A DNA stretch of 63,863 nt, the filler included, from Octopus bimaculoides (taxonomy: Eukaryota): NCBI RefSeq assembly GCF_001194135.2. It is 8 parts of 8 records of this genome, joined end to end, with 100 filler letters (N's around TTAATTAATTAA, not from the genome) between each part and the next. Parts side by side here need not be neighbours in the genome. Positions count along the whole stretch, not along the records: positions 46,792 to 59,058 come from NC_068981.1; positions 59,159 to 62,166 come from NW_026324487.1; positions 62,267 to 63,863 come from NC_068997.1; 5 more parts are not named here. One strand, written 5' to 3'. This document shows positions 49,986 through 62,303 of the stretch, one piece after another. How positions within the stretch are numbered: the stretch's first letter is position 1; each line of letters begins with the position of its first letter. The notes beneath the pieces are model-generated. The model did no database searches. It saw only the letters and a list, made by a program, of their open reading frames with translations, and was not told the DNA's origin. Made by a program: the position numbers and the translations under genes.

Positions 49986-51105
49986 ATAAGAATAGCCTGG
50001 GTAAAGTTCAGAGAGCTCCTACCTCTGCTGGTGACAAAGGACCTCTCGCTCAGAGTAAAAGGTAGACTGTATGACGCATGTGTATGAACAACCATGTTAT
50101 ATGGCAGTGAAACATGGGCCATGACTGCTGAGGACATGTGTAAGCTTGCAAGGAATGAAGCCAGTATGCTCTGCTGGATATGTAATGTCAGTGTGAATAC
50201 TCGAAAGAGTGTAAGTGCCTTGAGAAAAAAGTTGGTCCTAAGAAGCATCAGTTGTGGTGTGCAAGAGAGAGGACTGCACTGGTATGGTCATGTGGTGAGA
50301 ATGGATGAGGATAGCTGTGTGAGAAAGTGTCACACCCTAGCGGTTGAGGGAACCTGTGGAAGAGGTAGACCCAGGAAGACCTGAGATGAGGTGGTGAGGC
50401 AAGACCTGAGATGAGGTGGTGAAGCAAGACCTTCGAACATTGGGCCTCACCGAGGCAATGACTAGTGACCGAGACCTTTGGAAATATGATATGCGTGAGA
50501 AGACCCGGCAAGCCAAGTGAGACCATAATCTGTGGTCTATGCCAGTGGTGTAGCCAGCCTACTTATGTGTACCTTTCCTTCATTGGACACTATACTCTGC
50601 TTGCGAAGACCTGTTGAGGCAAGTGAAATCGAAATCAAATTCAATGACAGCACCGCATGACTGGCATCTATGCTAGTAGAGCACTAAGAACACCATCCAA
50701 GCGTGATTGTTACCAGGGCCGCTGACTGGCTCCTGTGCTGGGGGCATGTAAAAAGCACCATTTGAGCGTGATCATTACCAGCGTCGCCTTACTGGCACTG
50801 TGCTGGTGGCACGTGAAAAACAACATTCAAGCGAGGTCGTTGCCAGTGCCACTGGACTGGCTCCTGTGTAGGTGACACTTAAAAAACACCATTTGAGTGT
50901 GGCTGTTGCTAGTACTGCCTGACTGGCTCTCATGCCGGTGGCAAATAAAAGCACCCACTACACTCTCGGAGTGGTTGGCATTAGGAAGGGCTTCCAGCTG
51001 TAGAAACTCTGCCAAATCAGATTGGAGCCTGGTGCAGCCATCTGGCTCACCAGTCCTCAGTCAAACCGTCCAACCCATGCCAGCATGGAAAGCGGACGTT
51101 AAACA

Positions 51106-51135
<30 letters not shown>
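49986..51135 (+). mobile_element. 5'-truncated RTE-clade LINE: ORF2 C-terminus, long 3' UTR and (GAT)n tail
   Basis: RIAWVKFRELLPLL...MLYGSETWAM...LHWYGHVVRMD...GRGRPRKT...MTSDRDLWK; stops present; 25-bp tandem duplication near 50376-50430. Confidence 0.92.
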
Positions 51136-51140
<5 letters not shown>

Positions 51141-51475
51141 ATATATATAATATAATATAATTTATTTACATCTATTTTTTTTTTTTTTGTATTTCTTTTC
51201 ATTTGAAATTTGTCTTTATTCTCAGGGCAAAGACAGTTGAAGTGATGGTAGAAGCCACTTCTATCTTTTCATGGTTCTGGCTGGCAGCGAATGGGTTTGG
51301 CAATTATCCACAGTAATTCTTTGTATATCAGTTTGCTGCTGGATAGAGAAAAAAAAATAATAATAATAAAATAAAGATAAATTTCAAACAAAAACAGTAA
51401 AATAAACAAATAAAAATAAAAATGAAGAAAAATATAACTAACAATAACAATAACAGCAACAACTACAATAATAGC

Positions 51476-51508
<33 letters not shown>

Positions 51509-52143
51509 AATAATGATCATAAACTCATAGTATGAGAGAGATGAAAGTTATTGATGGTATCTCTGAGTTATATATTATCTAAAAATGTGGATTTTGTGGT
51601 ACTTTGGAATTAAATAGAAAAAATTCTTGGCAGATTTATCATAGAAAGTTGAACGAAAGTATGTTTTAAGGTTAAAAATTAGTAAAAAAAGACAATAATT
51701 AATAAATAGAGGAAACTATTGCTTATCTTGTTTTATTAATCATGTAAATATGAATAATGTGTTTAATATTATATTTAATTATATGAATTCCAGACGATGA
51801 TGCATTAGTATGGATTTTCTGAAGACAGAAATTATGTTTGTTAATAATCTTCAGCTCACCAGAGCGCTGTAGTGCACTGCAGTGCTCTGGTGAGCCACAG
51901 ATTATTAATAATGATAAAATAATGGTTCTCAAGCAATTCTATTTTCCTACATTAACCAATGTGCAATATTTTACATTTACTTAATGATTCTTTCATGTCA
52001 GCTTTAACAGATACTGTAAAAGCTATATCATACTGGTGAGTTCACAATACAGTCAAAACATGTCCAGTGTTGTCTGTCATACTTGTTAAAAACAAGTTAA
52101 AACTATAATAGTACTGACTATATTTTTTTACTTAATACATAAT

Positions 52144-52570
52144 TAGGCGCAGGAGCGGCTATGTGGTAAGTAGTTTGCTTACCAACCACATGGTTCCGGG
52201 TTCAGTCCCACTGCGTGGCACCTTGGGCAAGTGTCTTCTACTGTAGCCTCGGNNNNNNNNNNCCTTGGGCAAGTGTCTTCTACTGTAGCCTCGGGCTGAC
52301 CAAAGCCTTGTGAGTGGATTTGGTAGATAGAAACTGAAAGAAGCCCGTCGTATATATGAATATATATGTATATATGTATGTGTGTTTGTGTGTCTGTGTT
52401 TGTCCCCCTACCATCGCTTGACAACCGTAACTTAGCGGTTCGGCAAAAAGAGACCGATAGAATAAGTACTAGGCTTACAAAGAATAAGTCTTGGGTCGGT
52501 TTGCTTGACTAAAGGCAGTGCTCCAGCATGGCCACAGTCAAATGACTGAAACAAGTAAAAGAGTAAAGAG
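52144..52570 (+). mobile_element. Full-length SINE family A (short N gap with duplicated overlap)
   Basis: taggcgcaggagcggctatgtggtaag...gactgaaacaagtaaaagagtaaagag. Confidence 0.92.
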
Positions 52571-52769
52571 AGTAATTATTTCTCGTTACCTTTTTAATGC
52601 TACTTATGTAAAGTATTTCATCAGTTTCTGCTAATTATGGCAGCTATATTTATCTAACAAAGTAAGTGAAGGGAGGTTTGTATGTTCAATAGTAATGATA
52701 GTAAGATACGTATCTCCCCGGTAGAGTTATAGATAGTTAAGCTTGACAAGGTTAAACTTGAGGATTACA

Positions 52770-53065
52770 AACAAAACATCATCATCATCATCATTACCAT
52801 CATCATCATCATTGTCATCATCATCATCATTGTCGTCATCGTTATCATCATCATCATCATTGTCTTCATCATCGTCATCATCATCATCATCATTGTCTTC
52901 ATCATCATAATCATCATCATCATCATCTTCATGCTAGCATGGGTTGTGTAGTTTGACAAATTACCAGCAAGCCAGAAGATTGTGCCAGGCTCTACTGTCT
53001 GCTTTGGCATGGTTTCTACTGCTGGATGCCCTTCCTAATGCCAACCACTTTACAGTGTGGACAGG
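52770..53065 (-). mobile_element. RTE family D 3' end (another at 53470-53625)
   Basis: catgctagcatgggttg...ctggatgcccttcctaatgccaacc with an (ATC)n tail. Confidence 0.8.
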
Positions 53066-53289
53066 GTGGGTTTTATGCAGCATCAGCAGCAGTGAGGTCA
53101 TCAAATAGCTCACAAGACAAGACCCCCACCCCTCAACAGATTGGTGGGTAGTAGTATAGAGGGAGGTGGCTTTGTGTCAGGTGATGAAAAGTTAGAGTAT
53201 GGGTTGAGGGACAGAGTATGGGTTGAAGGGCAGCAAAAGAGATACATAGCTACGTTAGTAAGAGAGAGAGAGGGAAGAACAGAGAGAAA

Positions 53290-53320
<31 letters not shown>

Positions 53321-53490
53321 AGAGGGGAGAGAAGATGGTGAAGATGTGACGGGGAGGTGAGGGGTACATTCAAGTTACAAGATGTATATAAATGAAGTGG
53401 GACAAAGGATTAGATAAGGTGAGTAAGTGACCCATACTCTGTGAGTGAAATTAAGTAAATAAAGACTGTGTTTAAGGCCTCTTGGTTAGG

Positions 53491-53525
<35 letters not shown>

Positions 53526-54109
53526 CATCATCATCATCATTGTCATCATAATCTAATGTCCATTTACCATGCTGGTATGGGTTGGATGGCTTGACTGGAG
53601 CTGGTAAACTAGAGAACTGTACCATCCTAGTCATAGCGTGTCATGCTGAGCTGTTTTCATATCAATTCAAGAGCAAGTTATTCAATTTCTTGAACAACTG
53701 ATTCTGCATTGCCAAATAATGGACGTCCACCAATGAAGTGAACTCACTAATCACATGTGAGGACAAAATCTGCTCCCAACCCCACCAATATATGGGAAAC
53801 AGTGAGTAATATATTCCCTGATATTGCAATAAGCCATCAGGCTGAATAAAAATTTCATGAATGCAATTGAAGCAGAATTAAATTAAAATAGCCATCTATG
53901 TATCATAATTAGTGTAAACACACCATTGACAGGATATTATGTTTTGGGTTTTGTCTCAAAGAAAAATCTCTTCATAGACATGTTGTGTTAAAAATACAGA
54001 GTAATATATTGCAGTTAAATGAGATGAACACCAACAGAGCATTGACCACAAGAGTGATATTTATCTTGCTCTGATATGTATTGTTTTTTTTTTAATATAG
54101 CATCTGTTA

Positions 54110-54330
54110 CCTTTTATCTATTACTTGTTTTAGTCATTAGGCTGTGGCCATGCTGGGGCAGCACCTAGAAGAATTTTTGTTGAATACATCAACTCGAGTA
54201 TTTATTTATTTTCTTTATGCTTGGTACTAATTCTATTCGTCTCTTTCAACGAATTGCTAAGATATGGGGGCGTAAACACACGAACACTAGTTGTCAAGCA
54301 ATAGTGAAGGACAAACAAATGCACACACAC
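54110..54330 (-). mobile_element. Decayed SINE family A tail
   Basis: gtggccatgctggggcagcac...ttggtactaattctattcgtctc. Confidence 0.65.
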
Positions 54331-54494
54331 ATATATTAATGATAATAATAATATGACAACAAAAGAATGAATGAGACCTCGATATGTAAATAGAGGAATT
54401 TACCTATATATATATGATATAGGACAATCACTTACTGATTGTTCTATATTATACACACAAACAAACACACACACACACACACACTCATATATAT

Positions 54495-55412
54495 ACATGG
54501 ATCCTGTGCAGGTGACACATAAAATACACCATTTCGAGCGTGGCCGTTGCCAGTAAGACATTCGAGCGAGATCGTTGCCAGTGCCGCTGGACTGGCTCCT
54601 GTGCAGGTGGCACATAAAATACACCATTTCGAGCATGGCCGTTGCCAGTACTACCTGACTGGCCTTCGTGCCGGTGGCACGTAAAAGCACCCACTACACT
54701 CTCGGAGTGGTTGGCGTTAGGAAGGGCATCCAGCTGTAGAAATTCTGCCAAATCAGATTGGAGCCTGGTATAGCCACTTGGTCCACCAGTCCTCAGTCAA
54801 ATCGTCCAACCCATGCTAGCATGGAAAGCGGATGTTAAACGACGATGATGATGATGATGATACATTGAGCCTCCCAGAGGCAATGACGGGAGACCAAGAC
54901 CTTTGGAGATATGCTGTGATTGAGAAGACCTAGCAACTAAAGTGAGATTACAGATAGGGCCGATGCCAGTGTTGCATGTCTGGCCCATTTAAGAGTATCC
55001 TTGATGCTTCGGGCGATATGATATGCTTGAAAAGACCTGTTGAGTCAAGTAAAACCAAAATTGTAGCTGTGGCAATTGTCCCCTGACTGTCTCCCGTTCC
55101 AGTGGCACATAAAAAGCACCATCCAAACGTGGTTGATGCCAGTACCCTCTGACTGGCTCTCATGCCGGTGGCACATAAAAAGCACTACCTGAACGTGGTT
55201 GATGCCAGGACTACCTGACTGGCTTCTGTGCCACTGGCACATAAAAAGCATCCACTACACTCTTGGTATGGTTGGCGTAGGAAGGGCATCCAGCTGTAGA
55301 AATTTTGCCAGATCAGATTGGAGCCTGGTGCAGCCGCTGGTTCTCCAGACCTCAATCAAACTGTCCTACCCATGCCAGCATGAAAAACTGACGTTAAACG
55401 ATGATGATAATG
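54495..55412 (+). mobile_element. Two adjacent RTE family D 3' ends (54495-54862 and 54865-55412)
   Basis: Each has 65-bp UTR units, aggaagggcatccagctgtagaa and a (GAT)n tail; the second includes the ORF2 end (gaggcaatgac...gacctttggagatatg). Confidence 0.88.
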
Positions 55413-55747
55413 ACATATATATATATATATATATATATANNNNNNNNNNNNNNNNNNNNNNNNNNNNNNNNNNNNNNNNNNNNNNNNNNNNNNNNNNNNN
55501 NNNNNNNNNNNNNNNNNNNNNNNNNNNNNNNNNNNNNNNNNNNNNNNNNNNNNNNNNNNNNNNNNNNNNNNNNNNNNNNNATATATATGACAGTTTTCTT
55601 TCAGTTTTCATCTACCAAATTAAATCACATGGTTTTAGTTGGTCCAAGTCTATAGAAGACCTGCACTAATGAAAAACTTTTCTCTCAGATAAAAACCACA
55701 GCATCATGCATTCCAAAGGTGTGTATATATGTCAAGTATGATACACA

Positions 55748-55975
55748 GGTGGTGAGTTGGTAGAAACGTTAGCACGCCGGACGAAATGCTTAGCAGAATT
55801 TCGTTTGCTGCTACATTCTGAGTTCAAATTCCGCCGAGGTTGACTTTGCCTTTCATCCTTTTGGGGTCCATAAATTAAGTACCAGTTACGCACTGGGGTC
55901 GATGTAATCGACTTAACCCCTTTGTCTGTCCTTGTTTGTCCCCTTTATGTTTAGCCTCTTGTGGGCAATAAATAA
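55748..55975 (+). mobile_element. SINE family B
   Basis: ggtggtgagttggtagaaacgttagcacgccgg...cctttcatccttttggggtccataaattaagtaccag. Confidence 0.9.
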
Positions 55976-56797
55976 ATATGATACACAGATGGCTAATTTA
56001 ATTTACTGGTGCTTTAATTGAGTACACCGAGTTTGTATGTATGCACGCGCGTGCACGCACATGTGTGTGTTGTGTACACATGGTGGACTTATATACTTCC
56101 TTTCAAATTTCATGTACAACACACTAGGATGGAACCTGGAAACATCTGGTTGCAAGAGAATTTCTTAGCCACACAACTATCCCTACCTATACACTAATAA
56201 TATTGTGTGTCTGGGCAAATGATGACACTTAAGTGTAACAGTCACAGTTGCATCTTCATCATTATCATCATCCTCTTCACCACCACCACTACCACCATCA
56301 CCACCACCACTACCACCACCACCACCACCACTACCCCCACCACCACCACCACAACCTTCTTCTTCTACTTCTTCTTCTTCAACAGGAGAGGGAAACTTTT
56401 TACTACCAATGTAGTGGGGAATATTTTCTTCTTCTTCTTCTTCTTCTTCTTCTTCTTCTGCTTCTTCTTCTTCTCCTTCTTCTTCTTCTTCTCCTTCTCC
56501 TTCTTCTCCTTCTCCTTCTTCTTCTTCTTCTTATTATTATTATTTTGCCAGCACCATCACTTACTGTAATGATAAATCTAATTACCATCCTTATTATTAT
56601 TGTCACCGTCATCACTTTATAATACAATTAAAATCATCATCATCATTATCATCAACATCATCATCATCATCATCATAAGAATAATAATAATTATAATTAT
56701 AACATTAATAACAATTACGATAATACTATTAGCAGTGTCTTAATAACGGTAACAAAATATCAATAATAATTAAGGTAACGCTATTATTAAAATTACC

Positions 56798-56829
<32 letters not shown>

Positions 56830-57090
56830 CGACAACAACGACTGCAATGATGACAACAACAATTACAGCAGCAGCAGCAGTAGTGATAATCATGTATTTA
56901 CTGAAGACATGTTGACCCTAATGATGTTTTAAGTGACAAAGGAAGTACTTAATTGATACAGAACTAGCAAGAAATAGAAAAAGGAAGAAGTGTGATGACG
57001 AAAATATTCATAATGGTGACATTCTTCTGAGACTCTGGAGGGAAAGAAACAGGTGCTAGTCATCATTCTGAAACATGCTTGTTTTATATA

Positions 57091-57122
<32 letters not shown>

Positions 57123-57132
57123 CACATACACA

Positions 57133-57173
<41 letters not shown>

Positions 57174-57519
57174 ATTATATACATATATATATATATGTAT
57201 GTATGTATGCATATATATATATACATACATACATATATATGTATATGTATATGTATATATATATATATANNNNNNNNNNNNNNNNNNNNNNNNNNNNNNN
57301 NNNNNNNNNNNNNNNNNNNNNNNNNNNNNNNNNNNNNNNNNNNNNNNNNNNNNNNNNNNNNNNNNNNNNNNNNNNNNNNNNNNNNNNNNNNNNNNNNNNN
57401 NNNNNNNNNNNNNNNNNNNNNNNNNNNNNNNNNNATATATATATATATATATATATATACATATGCACACACACACACACACACATATATATATACATAA
57501 AACACATGTATGCGTGTGT

Positions 57520-57670
57520 ATTTCACTCTGTTTATTTTCTCGCATTCCTTTATGATGAAGAGCGTAGGCTCGAAACGTAAAAGACTTTTCCATCTTCCCG
57601 AGCATAAAACTAATACATCTAGTCGTTGTTTATACACCTGTCTTCATCTTTTATTTTTATGTAAATTCCA
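57520..57670 (+). mobile_element. Penelope-like terminal segment with a minimal hammerhead (HH2)
   Basis: cttt-atgatga-a-gagc-gtag-gctc-gaaacgta-aaag at 57548-57583. Confidence 0.7.
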
Positions 57671-58125
57671 ACTATATATATATATATATTATATATAATA
57701 TATGATATTATATATATAAAATAGAGCTGGAGAATTAAAATCTCCACAATTTTTGCTATCACATTTTTTATACAGTATATTCTCTTTAAAACTCTGTCCA
57801 ACATATGTTTCTCACACACACACACACACGAAGGTAAGCAGGCTGAACCTTCGAAGTCACTGTTAATGCTATTCTTGTTAAAGAATAATGAATATATACT
57901 CTACAAAAGCTGTTGAATAATTCTTCAGTTTAATGTTAAATTCTTTTTTGTTATACCTCAACATAAAAACCAAACTTTATATTCTATACATACACACACA
58001 CATATATATATATATATATAAACACACACACATGTATATATTTGTATGTTATATATATCTATACATATATATATAAATGTGTGTGTGTGTGTATGTATAT
58101 ATATATGTGTGTGGGTGTGTGTGTT

Positions 58126-58200
<75 letters not shown>

Positions 58201-58214
58201 GTATGTATAAAGAT

Positions 58215-58361
58215 ATGGCATGGGAATAGTTGTGTAGTAAGAAGCTTCCTTCCCAACCACGTGGTTCTGGAATCTTTAGGCTAGTGTCTTCTACTATAGC
58301 CTAGGGCCAACCAGAGCCTTGCAAGTGGATTTTGTAGAGGGAAATTGAAAGAAGCTAGTCG

Positions 58362-58365
<4 letters not shown>
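58215..58365 (+). mobile_element. Degenerate SINE family A head
   Basis: gtagtaagaagcttccttcccaaccacgtggttc...gtgtcttctactatagcc. Confidence 0.7.
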
Positions 58366-58401
<36 letters not shown>

Positions 58402-59175
58402 TATATATATATGTATATTTATATATGTAAGAACGACCGTGTGAACCGAAAGGAGAAATGGTGACGAATGGAAAACAGGCTCCTTTTTTTAAACGCGTCA
58501 CACGGTCGCCACAAAAATATAAAGATGATAAATATGTTATAATTCTATAACATAGAGAACTTAGCAATGCCAGTAAGGAAAACGATATTGAACCAACCGA
58601 TAAAGATGAATAATAGTAAGATTTATTGTAGCATTAAATTGTATGTCTGTGTGTGAGTGGATGCGCCATAATAAAACACAATATAAGACTGGCCGTCATG
58701 TAAACAAAAGAGTGTGTGCGAGTAATACATGTATGTGAATGCGAGAGATACATAGTATAGAATAGAGTCAGTAACGCGTATAAGGAAATATACCAGTTCT
58801 TAGTTAGAGTACACAGTGGTAAGTGTCTGTATATAAGAAGTTAAAGCGTTAGGGGAGAGCGATCACTCGTCGTGATGTTAGGGCTTCTATGCCGGGCCGG
58901 GTTCTTGAATACAGATGTTCTTCGCAGGTGTCGGATTCTGGCTGTTATTTTCGTGGTGAAGAAATCACACAAACAGAGCTGAAAAGTGCTGCGGTTAGCT
59001 GTTGGTAGCTTGTGTACGTGTACAGTCATGTTGACGTTGGCGGCGATGCTGGTAGTCGNNNNNNNNNNNNNNNNNNNNNNNNNNNNNNNNNNNNNNNNNN
59101 NNTTAATTAATTAANNNNNNNNNNNNNNNNNNNNNNNNNNNNNNNNNNNNNNNNNNNNAATAATAATAATAACAA

Positions 59176-59450
59176 CAACAAGAGCACTCAGAGAGCGCAA
59201 ACCTCCGCTAAGGTAATACCAATGTCCTCTCAACGATTAGACGGAGATGATTTTTAAAATAAGAATATCTGAAATAAACTCGACCGCTCTCACAAACGAG
59301 AATACTAAAAATGAATCCGATCGCTTTCAAAAATTAAGTAAAAACATAGACAGGAAAAATAATCCAGAGTCCTTGTCCTGTACCGGATCGATTCCAAAAC
59401 CTAATCAATTTCTTGCCTCATACCCCCAATTATAATCGCATGGGTTACTG
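59176..59450 (+). mobile_element. Possible Helentron-derived non-autonomous element (HINE/DINE-1-like)
   Basis: Starts aacaagagcactcagagagcgcaaacctccgctaagg; the AACAAGAG start and acctccgc..agg motif recall HINE termini. Confidence 0.4.
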
Positions 59451-59654
59451 TGTATGTGTATCGATATTTCTTTCGTTTCGAATTCCTGTGAATGTGTAAA
59501 TAATAATATACCAGTTGAATTAAAGATAAAACATGGTGTGGTTTCCACGTTTTCTTTTATGACATTTTAACAAAATGTCAATTAGATGTACAGAGTAAAT
59601 ATCTTAGAGTGACGCTAATTGAAAGATTAAGATGAAAAAAATAGGAGAGGAAAA

Positions 59655-59685
59655 GACGTTTCGAGCATGGCTCTTCGTCGGAAAG
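59655..59685 (-). ncRNA. Degenerate minimal hammerhead core (HH2-related)
   Basis: Minus strand ccgacga-a-gagc-cat-gctc-gaaacgtc; U4 mutated; stem I not evident. Confidence 0.45.
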
Positions 59686-60082
59686 AGGGAAAATGTCCCG
59701 AGAAGAAAAGGAGGAAAAGCAGACAGTCTGGAGAAAAGCACGTGAATCATTTGTCGTATATATACATATATATATATTTTTTTGCTTGTTTTTGTATAAA
59801 AACATAAATGCGCCGATTCAATATCAAACCAGCCTGCTGGAAGTATGTGAAGCATTATATATGTTAATTTATGATAATTTATGTGAGGAGAATACTGATT
59901 GCGTAACGTGAGCTGCGCTTTCATCCGGCCGGTCATCGGTCAAGCGTACAAGACAAGGATTTGGATAGGAAAGGAATGAGTCTTGTAGGAGCCCAAGCTA
60001 ATGATTTCCATGCATTCATACATACATACATAAACCAAGCACGTGCCACCGTGTATAAAAATATAGTTGCATCTTTATCCGC

Positions 60083-60129
<47 letters not shown>

Positions 60130-61940
60130 NNNNNNNNNNNNNNNNNNNNNNNNNNNNNNNNNNNNNNNNNNNNNNNNNNNNNNNNNNNNNNNNNNNNNNN
60201 NNNNNNNNNNNNNNNNNNNNNNNNNNNNNNNNNNNNNNNNNNNNNNNNNNNNNNNNNNNNNNNNNNNNNNNNNNNNNNNNNNNNNNNNNNNNNNNNNNNN
60301 NNNNNNNNNNNNNNNNNNNNNNNNNNNNNNNNNNNNNNNNNNNNNNNNNNNNNNNNNNNNNNNNNNNNNNNNNNNNNNNNNNNNNNNNNNNNNNNNNATA
60401 TAGGTTCAAAAATAGGAAAAAGACAAAAACAACAACAACGTGAGGACGTGATATAGATAGTATTACTAGACGCTTGGGAAAGGAAGTGTGCACACACACA
60501 CACGCACGCACACACGCACACACACACACACACACACATATGCACTTACATGCATATACACGCGTGCGTATGAGTCGTTGAGAGGTAGTTAGGATGACAG
60601 TATGGGCAGAGTAACGGTGGTGGGGGACGAAGTTGGAAGCTGGAATAAGAGGTTTGACTATAAATGTACTACAAACCGTCCGCAGCGTATACACACACAT
60701 AAGTGTGTGTGTGTGTGTGCGCGATTGTTTGAGACTGCGGCCATTATTGGGGACAGTGTGACACGAGTTATTTATGCAATGAACGCAAGCCTATAGGGGT
60801 TAGCGCTTAGAATGCTAGGTCACAGCAGCTACCCCCCACAATGGCAGTAATTAATTTCGTTAGCTGCTGTTATCCACGCGACACCACGCCTAGCTATATC
60901 GCCACCGTGCCACCAGGCCAAACAATACTAGACTCCCACCACCACCACCACCACCACCAAAAACAACAACAACAACAACAACAACAATGACATCTCCACC
61001 ACCACTACCGCCACCACCACCACCAACAACAACACCAACAACGACATCTCCACCACCACCACCACCATCACCACCACCTCAACACTATTTCACACTGGGC
61101 TCTCTCATTCTATATAATACCGGGCCACTCTATATTCCAGCCCGTTACACCACAGTACACTACACTACATCAGCCTACATCACACTGGACCACTTTATGC
61201 TGTGCTCGTCACTTTATGCTGTGCCGAGTTTATACGGTGCTCATCTTCGCCATATATCCTCTGCGTTTACAGCGCGTTGTTGAGGCTTCACGGAAGGACT
61301 GCCCAATTAAACGCGACTTCTTGCATCAGCGTTTACTTCGCTCAAACATTTTCATATTGCTTTCTTAGCAAAGATAATGGGGCGGCGGTTTGCCATTGCC
61401 ATTCCCCCAGCTGGACGGCCATTGGCCCACGAGGAGATCAACCGGACACCATGTTCGCAGGAATAGCAAGCTACCCGAGTGGTGGTGNNNNNNNNNNNNN
61501 NNNNNNNNNNNNNNNNNNNNNNNNNNNNNNNNNNNNNNNNNNNNNNNNNNNNNNNNNNNNNNNNNNNNNNNNNNNNNNNNNNNNNNNNNNNNNNNNNNNN
61601 NNNNNNNNNNNNNNNNNNNNNNNNNNNNNNNNNNNNNNNNNNNNNNNNNNNNNNNNNNNNNNNNNNNNNNNNNNNNNNNNNNNNNNNNNNNNNNNNNNNN
61701 NNNNNNNNNNNNNNNNNNNNNNNNNNNNNNNNNNNNNNNNNNNNNNNNNNNNNNNNNNNNNNNNNNNNNNNNNNNNNNNNNNNNNNNNNNNNNNNNNNNN
61801 NNNNNNNNNNNNNNNNNNNNNNNNNNNNNNNNNNNNNNNNNNNNNNNNNNNNNNNNNNNNNNNNNNNNNNNNNNNNNNNNNNNNNNNNNNNNNNNNNNNN
61901 NNNNNNNNNNNNNNNNNNNNNNNNNNNNNNNNNNNNNNNT

Positions 61941-62166
61941 TATTATTATTACTATTATTATTATTATTATTATTGAGTGAGAGAGCAGTGCATGCCATCA
62001 AAGTGACACTGGGCTAAAATATACGAAGTCCAGTATACCCATCATGACTACCCGTCTGATAAGGGTACACCAGGCACATGCATCACAACCATATGTGCTG
62101 GACATAGAGAACTCATAGATGCACTTATCGTCAGCCACCAAGGGACATGCTCAACTGGTTAAGGTC
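61941..62166 (-). mobile_element. Retroposon 3' end with an (AAT)n tail, family unassigned
   Basis: Unique sequence ending ...ctctctcactc-aataataat, running into (AAT)n and a gap. Confidence 0.45.
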
Positions 62167-62266
62167 NNNNNNNNNNNNNNNNNNNNNNNNNNNNNNNNNN
62201 NNNNNNNNNNTTAATTAATTAANNNNNNNNNNNNNNNNNNNNNNNNNNNNNNNNNNNNNNNNNNNN

Positions 62267-62303
<37 letters not shown>

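Noticed and set aside
50700-50960. CRISPR-like look of regularly spaced conserved units
   Set aside because: Eukaryotic LINE 3' UTR; the variable parts are short and homologous, not unique spacers; no cas genes.
54640-54695. HDV-like ribozyme in an RTE UTR unit
   Set aside because: A P3/L3-like loop is present, but no P2 or P1.1 could be built by eye; kept only as a test in the finding.
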